DNA of 63,997 nt, counting the filler, from Stramenopiles sp. TOSAG23-6 (lineage: Eukaryota): the NCBI GenBank assembly GCA_900128565.1. It is 7 parts of 7 records of this genome, joined end to end, with 100 filler letters (N's around TTAATTAATTAA, not from the genome) between each part and the next. Parts side by side here need not be neighbours in the genome. Positions count along the whole stretch, not along the records: positions 1 to 9,346 come from LT636378.1; positions 9,447 to 18,762 come from LT636379.1; 5 more parts are not named here. One strand, given 5' to 3'. Shown here in pieces: positions 1 through 11,017 of this stretch. The position numbers and the translations under genes are program-made. Each line of letters begins with the position of its first letter. The first letter of the stretch is position 1. The notes below the pieces were generated by a model that had not been told where the DNA came from, made no database searches, and saw only the letters and a list, made by a program, of their open reading frames with translations.

Positions 1-5
1 CAGAC

Positions 6-102
6 ATATCCTTGGAAAAAATTTTCAAAAAAAAAAAAAATTGTTAGGTACAAAATTTCGTATGAAAAAAAAAATCATACAAAAAAAAAAAATAAAACAT
101 AC
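6..102 (-). mobile_element. Introner-family intron (GT donor; 3' end approximate)
   Basis: AT|GTATGTTTT donor, TTCATACGAAATTTTGTACCTAAC core, TTTTTCCAAGGATAT end. Confidence 0.7.
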
Positions 103-1246
103 ATAACGTGTAGTAATCAACACCTCGTTTTTTTTGTACTGCGACTCGTATAAACCATTCTAGCAAGTTTGGCCATTGGCGGTCTAGAGCCAATACAGTT
201 TCAAAAGCATTTTCTGCTTGACTCGAATCACCAGATTCAAAGAAAATTATACCACGTTCAAAATAAGCCCGAGTAAATTGAGGTGCAATTAATAAAGCAT
301 TTTCAATAGATTGTAATGCATCAGTTGCAATTCGAGCTCGGCGATCACATTGAGCTTTCAATACATAAATACATGCAAATAGCCATTTCATATCATCTGA
401 AATTTCAATAGATTGTGACAATAATGTTTTGATGATTTCTTCATTTGTATCTTGAAATTGTAAGGCTTCAGAAAGTATTGAGGAACACTCTACATAATCA
501 TTTCTTTGTCGCGCTTCTTCAGCTTTTACCAATAGCATGTGCTGCCTTTTAGATAATATTGGAGAACGAAACAAAGTGGGACCATTGGTACCAATTAATT
601 GCCACGGAAGTTTTGTATGTACAATAAGATGATTATAAGCATGGAGAGATGATTTTTTTTTGTTTTGGATATGCATAGTTCCACCACTTAATTGTCGTAC
701 CATATTATCACTACCTATAAAAATTACTTGCCAAGGAAGTTCATCCAAATCTAACCCAGGAGAATTTTGAAGAGATGTATCAGTAGATTTCGCAGAACTG
801 GAATAATTCTTTTGATTACGATCAAGATATTCCCATCTTGTTCCAGCTCCTGGGATAATTGTAGCACCTTCATGACCAAATCGATCTCTACCAAGGTTAT
901 CAATAAAGACCCACTCTGTCTTTTCAGATCCGACTCTTTTAATACCAGAATCAATTTCAGGTGACTCTACGAGACCCATATACCACCCAGAAAAAACATG
1001 CTTATAAGCAAGCTGAAATATATGACGAATTGTCCTTGGTGTACCTTGAACAGCTCTATATGCACCATTCATGTCACTAATTGCAGACCCTGTCACGAAA
1101 AATCCTTTTGCAGGTTCTCGAACTCTGCCATAGGACTGGCGACGCTGACGGCCAGTATATGAACCCACAGCTCCTGGTCCAACCATTGAATTCCCCTTCA
1201 CTTTACATACCAAACATAGAAGACTTAAAAACAAAAAAAGTGACAT
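103..1246 (-). CDS. Signal-peptide protein with C-terminal TPR repeats (first exon; continues beyond an intron and the window edge)
   Basis: Hydrophobic N-terminus; TPR-like helices (ALQSIENALLIAPQFTRAYFERG); the ORF tail CMFYFFF is intron read-through; DYYTL at the exon end may start a J-domain. Confidence 0.6.
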
Positions 1247-1583
1247 TTTTTATTCAAGAGTATGACTGACCTCGGGATTATTCATATTGGATTTGTCCAA
1301 AAAAATATTTTCCTTGAAAAAAAACAAAATCCAAATTTTTTTATTTTTTTACTGACTCTCTTCTGGTATACGGTACCCAGTATTATACCCAGTTCCATTT
1401 TTGTTTGAGTAATTCACTCTCTTTTAAGTGATACTTTATAATCAATGTATGTTTCACGGTGTATGTAAATGAATATACAGAAGTAGCATAATACAAAAAA
1501 TCTATCAAAATAGTCAGAAAAAGCGAAATATTGAAAAATGTATAATAAAATAAAATTAAAAAATACTTCTTTTTATCAAAAAA

Positions 1584-3059
1584 TTAAATTATAGTAAAAC
1601 CAATCTTTTTCTCTGCTGCCATAACGACTTTACACTTATTTTTCATTTCATCTGAAGCATATTCCAAAGCATCGCCATGCTCTTTTACTGCTGCCATAAC
1701 AATTTCTAAATTATTCTTCATTTCATCTGAAGCAAATCTCAAAGCATTGCCACTCTCTTTCACTGCTGCCATAATAACTTTACAGTTATTCTTCATTTCA
1801 TCTGAAGCAAACTGCAAAGCATAGCCACTCTTTTTCACTGCTGCCATAACAATTTCTAAATTATTCTTCAATTGATATGAAGCAAACTGCAAAGCAGTAC
1901 CATTCGTTTTCACTGCTGCCATAACAATTTCTAATTTTTCCTTCATTTCATCTGAAGCATATTTCAAAGCATAGCCATTCTCTTTCACTGCTGCCATAAC
2001 AATTTCTAAATTATCCTTTATTTCATCTGAAGCATATTCCAAAGCAACACCATTCGTTTTCACTGCTGCCATAACAACATTCCAATTATTCTTCATTTCA
2101 TCTGAAACATACTCCAAAGCATAGCCACTCTCTTTCACTGCTGCCATAACAATTTCTAAATTATCCTTCATTTCATCTGAAGCAAATCTCAAAGCATTGC
2201 CACTCTCTTTCACTGCTGCCATAANAACTTTACAGTTATTCTTCATTTCATCTGAAGCATGTTTCAAAGTATAGCCACTCTTTTTCACTGCTGCCATAAC
2301 GACTTTACAATTATTCTTCATTTCATCTGAAACATATTTCAAATAATAGTTTTTTTTTGTCACAGCTCTTACCGCAAAGTTCTCATCATTTTTCAAAGAT
2401 TTTGAAGCCTCCTCTAGACAATCTCCGCCAATCCATTCTGAGAAATCTATTATAAATTGTCCATCATTTCTCAATTCTTCTGAAAGGTCATTACGAAGTT
2501 TGCGTCTAAATGATCTAAAGAAGTCATAATCTACATCTCCATCATCGAAATTACTTTCATCTTCATAAATGTTCATAACTCGAGCTAATGAGACCAAAAA
2601 GTCTTTATTCTTGAGAAGTACATCTGACTTTTTAAGATCTGTAAACATTTGATCCCAATTATCATCAAAACCTTCCATCCACCCGTTTTCCATTTGTTTT
2701 TCCATCATATTGTCCAAATAATCATGCCAGTTGTCTTCATCGACTTTTGCGTCAATGTAGTCAATTCCACACTTTGTTAACTCCTGGCATATACAATCTA
2801 TTTGTTTAGTGACCCTTTTCACTTGAATATTCACCCAGAATGATTTGACTAAACTTTGTTCAATGTTGAAGCACTTTCCAACAACTGTGACTAATTGTAT
2901 GTCACATTTAGTCACATATTCTACTATTAAAAAAACAACGGTCATAGGAATTTTATTCTGCAGGCTTTTGCACGACTTATCTGAAGACGTACTACTACTT
3001 GAACTTTCCCCCTCTACCCTGCGACTATCACTACCTCGACGTGAACTCTTTTTTGGCAT
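1584..3059 (-). CDS. DUF4116-type tandem repeat protein
   Basis: About 10 copies of a 25-aa repeat (ALxYASDEMKNNxEIVMAAVKxxG), i.e. a 75-nt tandem array at ~1610-2350. Confidence 0.8.
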   Translation of the reverse strand: MPKKSSRRGSDSRRVEGESSSSSTSSDKSCKSLQNKIPMTVVFLIVEYVTKCDIQLVTVVGKCFNIEQSLVKSFWVNIQVKRVTKQIDCICQELTKCGIDYIDAKVDEDNWHDYLDNMMEKQMENGWMEGFDDNWDQMFTDLKKSDVLLKNKDFLVSLARVMNIYEDESNFDDGDVDYDFFRSFRRKLRNDLSEELRNDGQFIIDFSEWIGGDCLEEASKSLKNDENFAVRAVTKKNYYLKYVSDEMKNNCKVVMAAVKKSGYTLKHASDEMKNNCKVXMAAVKESGNALRFASDEMKDNLEIVMAAVKESGYALEYVSDEMKNNWNVVMAAVKTNGVALEYASDEIKDNLEIVMAAVKENGYALKYASDEMKEKLEIVMAAVKTNGTALQFASYQLKNNLEIVMAAVKKSGYALQFASDEMKNNCKVIMAAVKESGNALRFASDEMKNNLEIVMAAVKEHGDALEYASDEMKNKCKVVMAAEKKIGFTII

Positions 3060-3449
3060 GCTGAACCAAAATAATTACAATCTCAATGCTTTGCCGTATC
3101 TATTGCAAACCTGACAAGGACAGCAATATTTCTGAAGATGTATTGAACAAAACTACATATACGGGAGACGTAGTTCGAATTATTCTGTCAAGACTCAAAG
3201 AGTACCTCATCTATCTATGCAGTGTATATCATGGTTTTTATGTTTCAGTAAAAAAAAATCAAAACTTTTTGAATAAATTATGAAGATTTGTTTGTTAGGG
3301 TTCGGGTTCCTAAACACGAAAAATGTCATTTTTTCAAACATCGAGTTCGCCTCGCGATTTGTGCTCCCAGCAGACGACGCAAACCTGTAAATTCGGTTTT
3401 TCGACAGTTCAACACTTTACTACAGTTCATATTATTCAACTAACTTTAA

Positions 3450-3869
<420 letters not shown>

Positions 3870-3937
3870 GCGTCAAAATCTTATATATCTATGACCATTT
3901 ATTATATTAGGGTCGATAAAACTTATTAACCAAAAAC

Positions 3938-3961
3938 GGTGTTTCCAATTAACACCACCCA
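3938..3961 (+). promoter_or_regulatory. Histone mRNA 3' stem-loop
   Basis: AAAAAC-GGTGTT-tccaatt-AACACC-ACCCA, ~70 nt after the H3 stop. Confidence 0.75.
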
Positions 3962-4058
3962 TTAAAGATTTACAATACTTCAAATTTGTACTTGTTTACA
4001 TTAGATGACTATTTTTTAGTTTTTCTAAGTTTCGAAATTTTTTTTTTAACTTTTTCTA

Positions 4059-4625
4059 TTACAGCACATCATTGTGAATTTCATCACTTGGAAACCCAGC
4101 AATACAAACTAGATTAATACAAAAACGATCACCAAAACTATCGGGTAAATTATGACCAAGATGAGTACCACAAACACTTTTCACTTCTCCATGTGAACTA
4201 ACTCTGATATTTTTTTCTATTATTTCTTTTCGTCTAAAAGATGGCCAACCGTGAGCAGAACTTTCAAGAAGAAAGTCATCTAGGGAACGTCCAACTGGAG
4301 CCTTAAAAAGAGGTTTTCCACACACAGAGTCATAAAAGACAACCTGTTGTGTAGTAGCACTTTGATTGTTGACGTCGATTGCATTAGCAACAACTTCGTC
4401 TTTTTTGATGAAAGATTTATAAAAGTTTTTTTTTTCTGATAAGTCAGAGTTATGGCAACATATCCAATCTGCAAGATCCCAATGTTCTTGAGAATGAAGA
4501 CCATATCTAAGCTTTTTCTGAACTCTGGTAGTACAGGAACTCCTTGATAGACGGTGTTTTCCACCCATCTTCTGTGCTGTGACTCCATACACAAAAATAA
4601 TTATTATTAGGGTTATCGCTTTCAT
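4059..4625 (-). CDS. MsrB/SelR-fold protein with signal peptide
   Basis: FYDSVCGKPLF, HGWPSF, CGTHLGHNLPD and RFCINLVCI motifs. Confidence 0.8.
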   Translation of the reverse strand: MKAITLIIIIFVYGVTAQKMGGKHRLSRSSCTTRVQKKLRYGLHSQEHWDLADWICCHNSDLSEKKNFYKSFIKKDEVVANAIDVNNQSATTQQVVFYDSVCGKPLFKAPVGRSLDDFLLESSAHGWPSFRRKEIIEKNIRVSSHGEVKSVCGTHLGHNLPDSFGDRFCINLVCIAGFPSDEIHNDVL

Positions 4626-4972
4626 CTACACACTATAAAGTTATATAAAGTTATAGACACTGACTGAATAAGTGTAATTTATTTATTGTGCCCTTTGCGA
4701 GGATTTTTAATGGCGAAAAACTCAAATTTTGTGTGTGTTTCGTTTTATCCATATAATCATTTTAACTCAAGAGTCAAGACAAGAGGATTTTTTGACAGCG
4801 TCACTCACTCATCGCCATCAAACAAAGCTGTTCAATTACAAAAATATAATAATATTGCAAAAACTTGGAAAATAACTTTTATACAAATAAAACATTGTTA
4901 AAGGTCCCATTAAATGTACAGTGTAGTGTATGAATATATTTATTAGCTATAAAGCAATAATTTATCAATTTC

Positions 4973-7900
4973 TCAGTGAAAAGGAGCTTTACTTTTTATT
5001 TGAGCTTTCTTTGCCTTTTCTCTTTTAGTTTGCAATAATTTAAGCATTCTATCTCGCTTTCGCTTGACACGATTTTCTGTAGGCTCTGAATTTGTAATAC
5101 GCCCCGCAATGGCCGCAGCTGCATTTGCATGTAGCATTTTTTTATCTGGATTATTTCGCATTTCTTTGCAATGTTTTCTTCTTTGTTCATTTCGTCGTTT
5201 TTGTTTAAGTTCATCATATGGTGATGATGATCGTGTTGAAGGTGATGTTTTCATTACATTTTCATTTTGAAGTTTTGTAGGTGAATGCACTTTATCATCA
5301 TTACAATGATTACATCGTATCGCTGCTCGTATAATTGACAGTCCAGACACAGTTTTTGCCCATAGAGAACGCGATGTATCTGATAGATCATTTTCTATCG
5401 CTGAAGATTGAAAAGACTGAAAAAAAAGTAGAAGTCCTTTCATTCCATCTTCATCTAAATTATATATTGTGAAAATATATTTCTTTTGTATAATTTGTTA
5501 GGTACGAAATTTTTATAAAAAAAAAAATAAATTCGAAATTGAAAAAATATAAAACATACATGTTCATTACAAAATTGTATGATCTCTTGTTGAATGTTAT
5601 TGATATTATTACCATCAATAGTAAATCCAAGATCGAACAATATACTTGAAACTTTTTCATTTGAGACATTTCTTTCCTGTAATCGATTTTTTTCTTTTGT
5701 TTGAAGTATTTCATAAATATACTTATATTTCATTACTTCACCGAGCAATCCATTATGATGGATTTCCTCTTTACAATTATTCCAAATTGTATCTACAGAT
5801 AATTGAAGTCGTGTAGCAATTCCCTGTGACTCTTGAATCATACTCTTGACTTCCTTCAATGCGACACGTCTAGCTTCTTCCAATTGTTTAACATATTGCT
5901 TACATGTATTTTGGAAAAATATTTGAAAAAAAAAACTTAATTTTTGTTAGGTACAAAATTTCGTACGAAAAAATAAATTCGAATTTGAAAAAAAAATAAA
6001 ACATACATCGTTGAGAAACTCCAGCAACAAGAGTATCAGACACGCGATTTCTTTCCGTTGTGGCTACACCAAGTTCATCCCATAAAGGTGAAAGATTGCT
6101 CAATGGAACAGCTATCTGTGATGCCATAGTAGCACAAGAGTTCTTAATTTCTAATTTAGATTGTAATTGACGATTTTTTTCACATTCAGTTTTAAGTTTT
6201 GCAGAAAGATTCGCAATTTCTTGATCGTTTTCTTCAGCTTTACTTGACATTCTTTGAATTTTTCTTTGTAATATTTTTTCTGAGGTTCGAAGGTAATGAT
6301 TTATCTTATTAGCGGCAATAAGACGTTCATCAATATCTTGTGGTTTCATCTTTATATGATCTATATTTGTGTTACTTATAGCTGGTGAATTAGGGTGTAC
6401 AGTACTTGGTGGTGGTGGTGTCGGCGGTGGCGCTTCAAAACACGGAGACCCTGAATTATGTGAAAAATCTCCACACTCTGTCGATGCATCTTGATGAGCG
6501 CTAATATAGACCAACATTCGTTCTTCAAAGTCTTGTGCTACTGCAGATTTTGCCATTTCAAATTTCATTTGAAGTGCTTTGCATGTTCTTTGTGCACTAC
6601 GGATATCTTCCGTTGCTTTTTTTGTACGTTCATCTGCCAATAACTTTTGTCTTTCAGATGTACGTAATTTAGTATTTACCTCTGCTATATTAGAAATTAA
6701 CCACTTAAAATGTTCTACTGTTACAGTTTTATCCGTAAATGTCTCTATTATATTACTTACATCATTATCTTCACGTAATAATTCTTTCAACTCTGACTTG
6801 GCTTCTTCTATACCTCCACTAGTACATGACATTTGAAGTTCTAGGGATTCAATTCTATCTTCTAAACTTTGAGGTTGTTCACCAAAACACCGATTATTAT
6901 CCAAACCAGCTTGGGTGTAGGTTTCTTCATCAAAGTCAGAAGTTTCCGGAATTAAAAATCCACATAGTTGTTTACCTATAGTAGTCATTGCACTTTTTAC
7001 ATATTTAACATCTTCACTGTGTTTGGAATTTAACAAATTACGATATAATTTTGTACATTGCCTAGTCAAACGACCATTTCTATTTCGAACTTTTCGTGTT
7101 GAAAAGATCATCGCAAAGATCGAAAGTTTTCTCATTATAGATGATCGTTTACTCTTATTCAAGCGCAAGGATATTAATGCCTTTAGTTGTCTTAAAAGTG
7201 ATTCTTGGCATTCAATTCCTTTTCGAATTGATATATTGTGAAAAATATTTTTTTTTTTGAAAAAAAATGTTAGGTATACAATTTTCTACCAAAAAAACAA
7301 AATTTGAAATTCATCTATGAAAACGTGCATGCTTTCGCCTCAAGAATTGATGTCTTCCGAAGAATTGCTGAATGTAATAATTCTCTCTGATGTATTGTGA
7401 AAAAATATTTTTTTTTTTTTTACCGAAAAAAAAGAAATTCGTTAGGTACAAAATTTTCTTAGTAAAAAAAATAAATTCGAAATTCAAAAAAAAACATACA
7501 TGTTCCATTACCGAAGTTTTTCGACTTGAAGAAGACTTTTTATCCTTATTTAGAGATTTCTTTTTCTTTTCATTTCTTTGCTCTTTTAACGATTTCATTA
7601 ACTGAGCCTGCGATTTCCGATATCTCTCATTAGCTACAATTAGAGCAGCTTTTCGACGTAAAAGTATTGTGTCTTGCACAGCCACCTGACGTTTATGAAT
7701 TCGCGCATCTTTGTCGCTTTTTTTGTGCTTTCGACGCAATATTTTAATTTCATTTTGTTTGGACATTTTCCAATTTTTATGACGTTTGGCTTCTGCCTTT
7801 TGCCTTCTTAATAAAGACACTCTAGCCTTCTTCAACTTTTCCAAATTCATTTGTACTATTTTACATTTTCTTGTCTCTTTCTCTGCCAAACGAAGTAAGT

Positions 7901-8789
7901 CTTGTTGTTGTTTGATTTGGCATTGTTTTTCTTTTAATTTATTCTTCATTACTTTCAGTCGCTGTTTTACTTTTTCTTTTGCAATATTTGCACCAACTGA
8001 CGCCCGTTGAAGTGTTTCATGTTCTTCTCTAAGTTTTTTTGCTTCAGCAACTAATGCATTCGATTGTTCTCGTGCCTTTATAGCAGCAGGCTGTAACTGT
8101 GCCAACTTTCTCTGAGAAGTTTCATGAAGATGCTGCTGTGTCACAATATAAGATCCCAAAGATGCTTCCTCTTCTGCAGCCTCAGCCTGGTCTCTCTGTC
8201 TATCTAAGTCACCCTTTTCAATAACTAAAAGTTGATGCATAATTTCTGAAGATTCAGAATGATCCTCACAATCTTCATCAATATTCTTTACATCTACATT
8301 TCCATTTATAATTTGCTGATCATATATTTTTGTATAATTGGATTTATTTTGTTTCTTACTGTCATCTACAATACGTTCCGCCAGAGATGTAACATTTTTT
8401 TCGTTTCCTCGGTAACTATTACCAACAAAATTTAATCGTTGAAAAACTTTCCTAGAAGATTTTAATTGTTTTTGTCTACTATTTGTACCTGGTAATGCAA
8501 CAAGTAAAGAATCTAATGAAAGACCATTGACTTTCATCATTAAATTACTCTCATTATCACTATTTGTACCATCTACAAGCAATTTAGTGACAAATTCTTG
8601 AGGAAGAGGAGTTTCAAGAAGTTTACGAAATATGTTTGGATCCAAGGGAGAAGATTTATTAGAACAGAATTTAAACCTCAAAGCTTCAGATAGAAAAATG
8701 CGACGCTCTGCGCGTAATCTTGCTAATATTGCAGCTCTGGGGTCAATATTTAAGACTGCTCTATTTTGGATGTTCCGTGCACGATTTGC
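4973..8789 (-). CDS. Kinesin-4 (KIF4/KIF21-like) neck, stalk and tail; exons 8789-7500, 7389-7329, 7232-6007, 5903-5560, 5461-4973; motor domain absent
   Basis: ANRARNIQNRAVLNIDP matches the end of a kinesin motor; KARVSLLRRQKAEAKRHKNWK...ILLRRK is the kinesin-4 stalk; frames join after removing four family introns. Confidence 0.75.
5462..5559 (-). mobile_element. Introner-family intron, GT-AT
   Basis: cat|GTATGT...CAATATAT|aat gives NEH-NLDEDGMKG in frame; the nearest AG leads to a stop. Confidence 0.8.
5904..6006 (-). mobile_element. Introner-family intron, GT-AT
   Basis: Near-consensus copy with ATGT at both junctions; gives QR-C-KQYVKQLEE. Confidence 0.85.
7233..7328 (-). mobile_element. 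Introner-family intron, GC-AT
   Basis: at|GCACGTTTT donor, TACCTAAC, CACAATAT|at; restores EAKAYQFEKELNAK. Confidence 0.65.
7390..7499 (-). mobile_element. Introner-family intron, GT-AT
   Basis: cat|GTATGT...CACAATACAT|cag. Confidence 0.8.
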
Positions 8790-8850
8790 CTGTATTGTGA
8801 AGAAATAGTATAGAAAAAAATTCGTTAGGTATGACATTTTGTATGAAAAC
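8790..8850 (-). mobile_element. 3' half of a family intron ending in AG, at the APC5/kinesin junction
   Basis: TTTTCATACAAAATGTCATACCTAAC...CACAATACAG|gca aat cgt; no normal 5' half. Confidence 0.6.
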
Positions 8851-9346
8851 ATCCCTATCATAGAGCAATCACCCGCAAGTGAAGGGCCAACAGCCACTAA
8901 TGCAGCCTCAGCAACAGCAAGTGATGATAACCCTGCTAATTCACGCATACCTAGATTTCGTGCTCTTTCAGCACAATGCTGTAATAACCATCCCGCATCT
9001 GGATCTCTAGATGCTATAGCTATACGGTGTAGCATAGATAGAGCAAGGGCTACACTATTATGTATTGTAAAAAATATATTTTTTTAAAATTCGTTAGTTA
9101 CAAAATCTTCTACCAAAAACAAATGTAGTAAAAATTTTAAATGTAAGATGGACACAAACATGATCTTCAGTTTCCTGCGCAGTATAAATGGCTTCCTGTA
9201 GTGACGTCACTGCTTCTTTTAAATGACCAAAATGATAATGTAAACCAGCGATACTCAGCGCAGAGTACTGCGGTCGAAAATTTTTGGATACGTCTGAAGA
9301 CAACTCAGTATTTGCATTGCGTGAATTTGAAACACCAGAACTAGTT
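8851..9346 (-). CDS. ANAPC5: Anaphase-promoting complex subunit 5 fragment (exons 9346-9160 and 9059-~8851)
   Basis: QYSALSIAGLHYHFGH..LQEAIYTAQETEDH-NSVALALSML and LLQHCAERARNLGM resemble the APC5 TPR region. Confidence 0.75.
9060..9159 (-). mobile_element. Introner-family intron, GT-AT (diverged copy)
   Basis: cat|GTTTGT...TAACTAAC...TACAATACAT|aat; keeps the APC5 DHxxxxxxLSxL register. Confidence 0.8.
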
Positions 9347-9446
9347 NNNNNNNNNNNNNNNNNNNNNNNNNNNNNNNNNNNNNNNNNNNNTTAATTAATT
9401 AANNNNNNNNNNNNNNNNNNNNNNNNNNNNNNNNNNNNNNNNNNNN
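9347..9446. other. Artificial contig linker
   Basis: N44-TTAATTAATTAA-N44. Confidence 0.98.
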
Positions 9447-9532
9447 AATATTTCAAAAAAAAAAAACTTAAATTTGTTAGGTACAAAATTTCGTACGAAA
9501 AAACATCCGAATTTGAAAAAAATAAAACATAC
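9447..9532 (-). mobile_element. Introner-family intron truncated by the contig end
   Basis: at|GTATGTTTT donor plus full core. Confidence 0.8.
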
Positions 9533-9998
9533 ATGCTTGAGAATCAATAATATTTTTACATAAAATAGTTTTTGTGTTTTTTGTAGTATTGCAATTATCA
9601 AGTTGAATCATATTTGTATTATCAGACATTATATTTTTTTCATTGTTTGTGTTTTTTGTAGTATTGCAATTGTCAAGTTGAATCATATTTTGATCGCCAT
9701 TCCTAAAATGACGCTGCGTACGCAAAAACTCTTGTGCTATATCAGGTTGTTCAAATCCATCAATTTGTTTCTTTTTACAATCCGGGCAAGTAATGTGAAA
9801 AATATTTTTGTTTTTCGTTAGTAAAAGAAATTCGTTAGGTACAAGATTTTCATACAAAAAATAAAAAAAAATTAAAAATGATGAAAACATACAAAACCAA
9901 TCGCCTTTGGGTAAACTAACGAGAATTGGTTGTAAACAAAACATATGAAACCCTCTATCACATTTATCACATAAAAGCAGTGAATCATCGTCGCTATC
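9533..9998 (-). CDS. PHD-finger protein fragment (exons 9998-9893, 9787-9533)
   Basis: [37 protein letters not shown]. Confidence 0.8.
9788..9892 (-). mobile_element. Introner-family intron, apparent GT-TT
   Basis: ttt t|GTATGT...CACATTACTT|gc ccg restores WFCPDC. Confidence 0.7.
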
Positions 9999-10106
9999 AT
10001 GTATTTTGAAAAATATTTCCAAAAAAAAAACTTAAATTTGTTAGGTACAAAATTTCGTACGAAAAAAAATCGATTTTTTTGTAAAAAAAAAAATAAAAAA
10101 AAATAC
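9999..10106 (-). mobile_element. Introner-family intron, GT-AT
   Basis: cat|GTATTTT...core...CAAAATACAT|gat. Confidence 0.75.
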
Positions 10107-10874
10107 ATGAGTGTGTTTTGAAGTGGATGGAAATGTGTATTTTTTCGTAAGTTCTCTTTTTGAAGCGCCTTTTAATGAATTTCCCTTTATTTTGGAATCT
10201 TCATTTTGGTTGCCATCTTTTTTTTCATTAGGGTTAGGAGAATCTTCAGGAAGTCCTCCTATCATATATGTATTTTGGAAAAATATTTGAAAAAAAAATC
10301 GTTAGGTACGAAATTTCGTACGAAAAAAAAAATTTCGAATTTGAAAAAACATAAAACATATACACTGGTCCACATTGAGATGGTTCCACATTTAATGTTT
10401 CGGGTGTTTTTTGACCATTACTATTGCCAGTTGTATTCCAATGTATTTTGGAAAAATATTTCAAAAAAAAATTTAAAAAAATTGTTAGGTACAAAATTTC
10501 GTACGAAAAAAAAATTGAAAAAAAAATAAAAACATACATTAGTAATTTCTGTGTTGAAATCTTCGGAAAATGCCAACGCCCATTGGAATACATCATTTAC
10601 AACTATACCAGTTTCAGCATGTATTGACGCTGCCATTGCGATTTTTGTATTCAATACAACTTCACCGGTTTTTGCAACTGTAACGATGTTATATTCATCA
10701 TTTTTTACAATCCATTGGCCTTTAGCATTTGCATGTATTTTGGAAAAATATTTCAAAAAAAAATTTGAAAATTTTTTAGGTACAAAATTTCGTACGAAAA
10801 AAAAAATGTAGACAAAAAATTAAAAAAAAAGATAAACGTACACCAATTGCAAAATTATTTGTTCCCGAACCCAT
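10107..10874 (-). CDS. Hypothetical multi-exon protein (10874-10842, 10732-10538, 10440-10358, 10263-10107)
   Basis: Open frame MGSGTNNFAIG-ANAKGQWIV..ITN-WNTTG..PVYM-IGGLPED after removing three family introns. Confidence 0.5.
10264..10357 (-). mobile_element. Introner-family intron (boundaries slide within a TATATG direct repeat)
   Basis: Full core; 94 nt must be removed to keep the frame. Confidence 0.7.
10441..10537 (-). mobile_element. Introner-family intron, GT-AT
   Basis: aat|GTATGT...CCAAAATACAT|tgg. Confidence 0.8.
10733..10841 (-). mobile_element. Introner-family intron, GT-AT
   Basis: ggt|GTACGTTT...CCAAAATACAT|gca. Confidence 0.75.
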
Positions 10875-11017
10875 AGATTGTTGAATAATATATAAATGCT
10901 TCATTTTGTTAGGTTTTGTTAGGTAAAAAATGTTGAATAATACATAAATGCTTCATTTTGTATTTGTATCTACAATTAGGTACAAAATGAAGTACAAATA
11001 TAATTTTTATTTTGGTT

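Noticed and set aside
10041-10120. Shared peptide tails (FFRTKFCT, FVRNFVPN, SYEILYLT) in many ORFs as a protein motif
   Set aside because: They are the three reading frames of the intron core, not coding sequence
10264-10841. CRISPR-like array of palindromic repeats
   Set aside because: Eukaryotic context, no cas genes, and the intervening sequences are in-frame exons of irregular length
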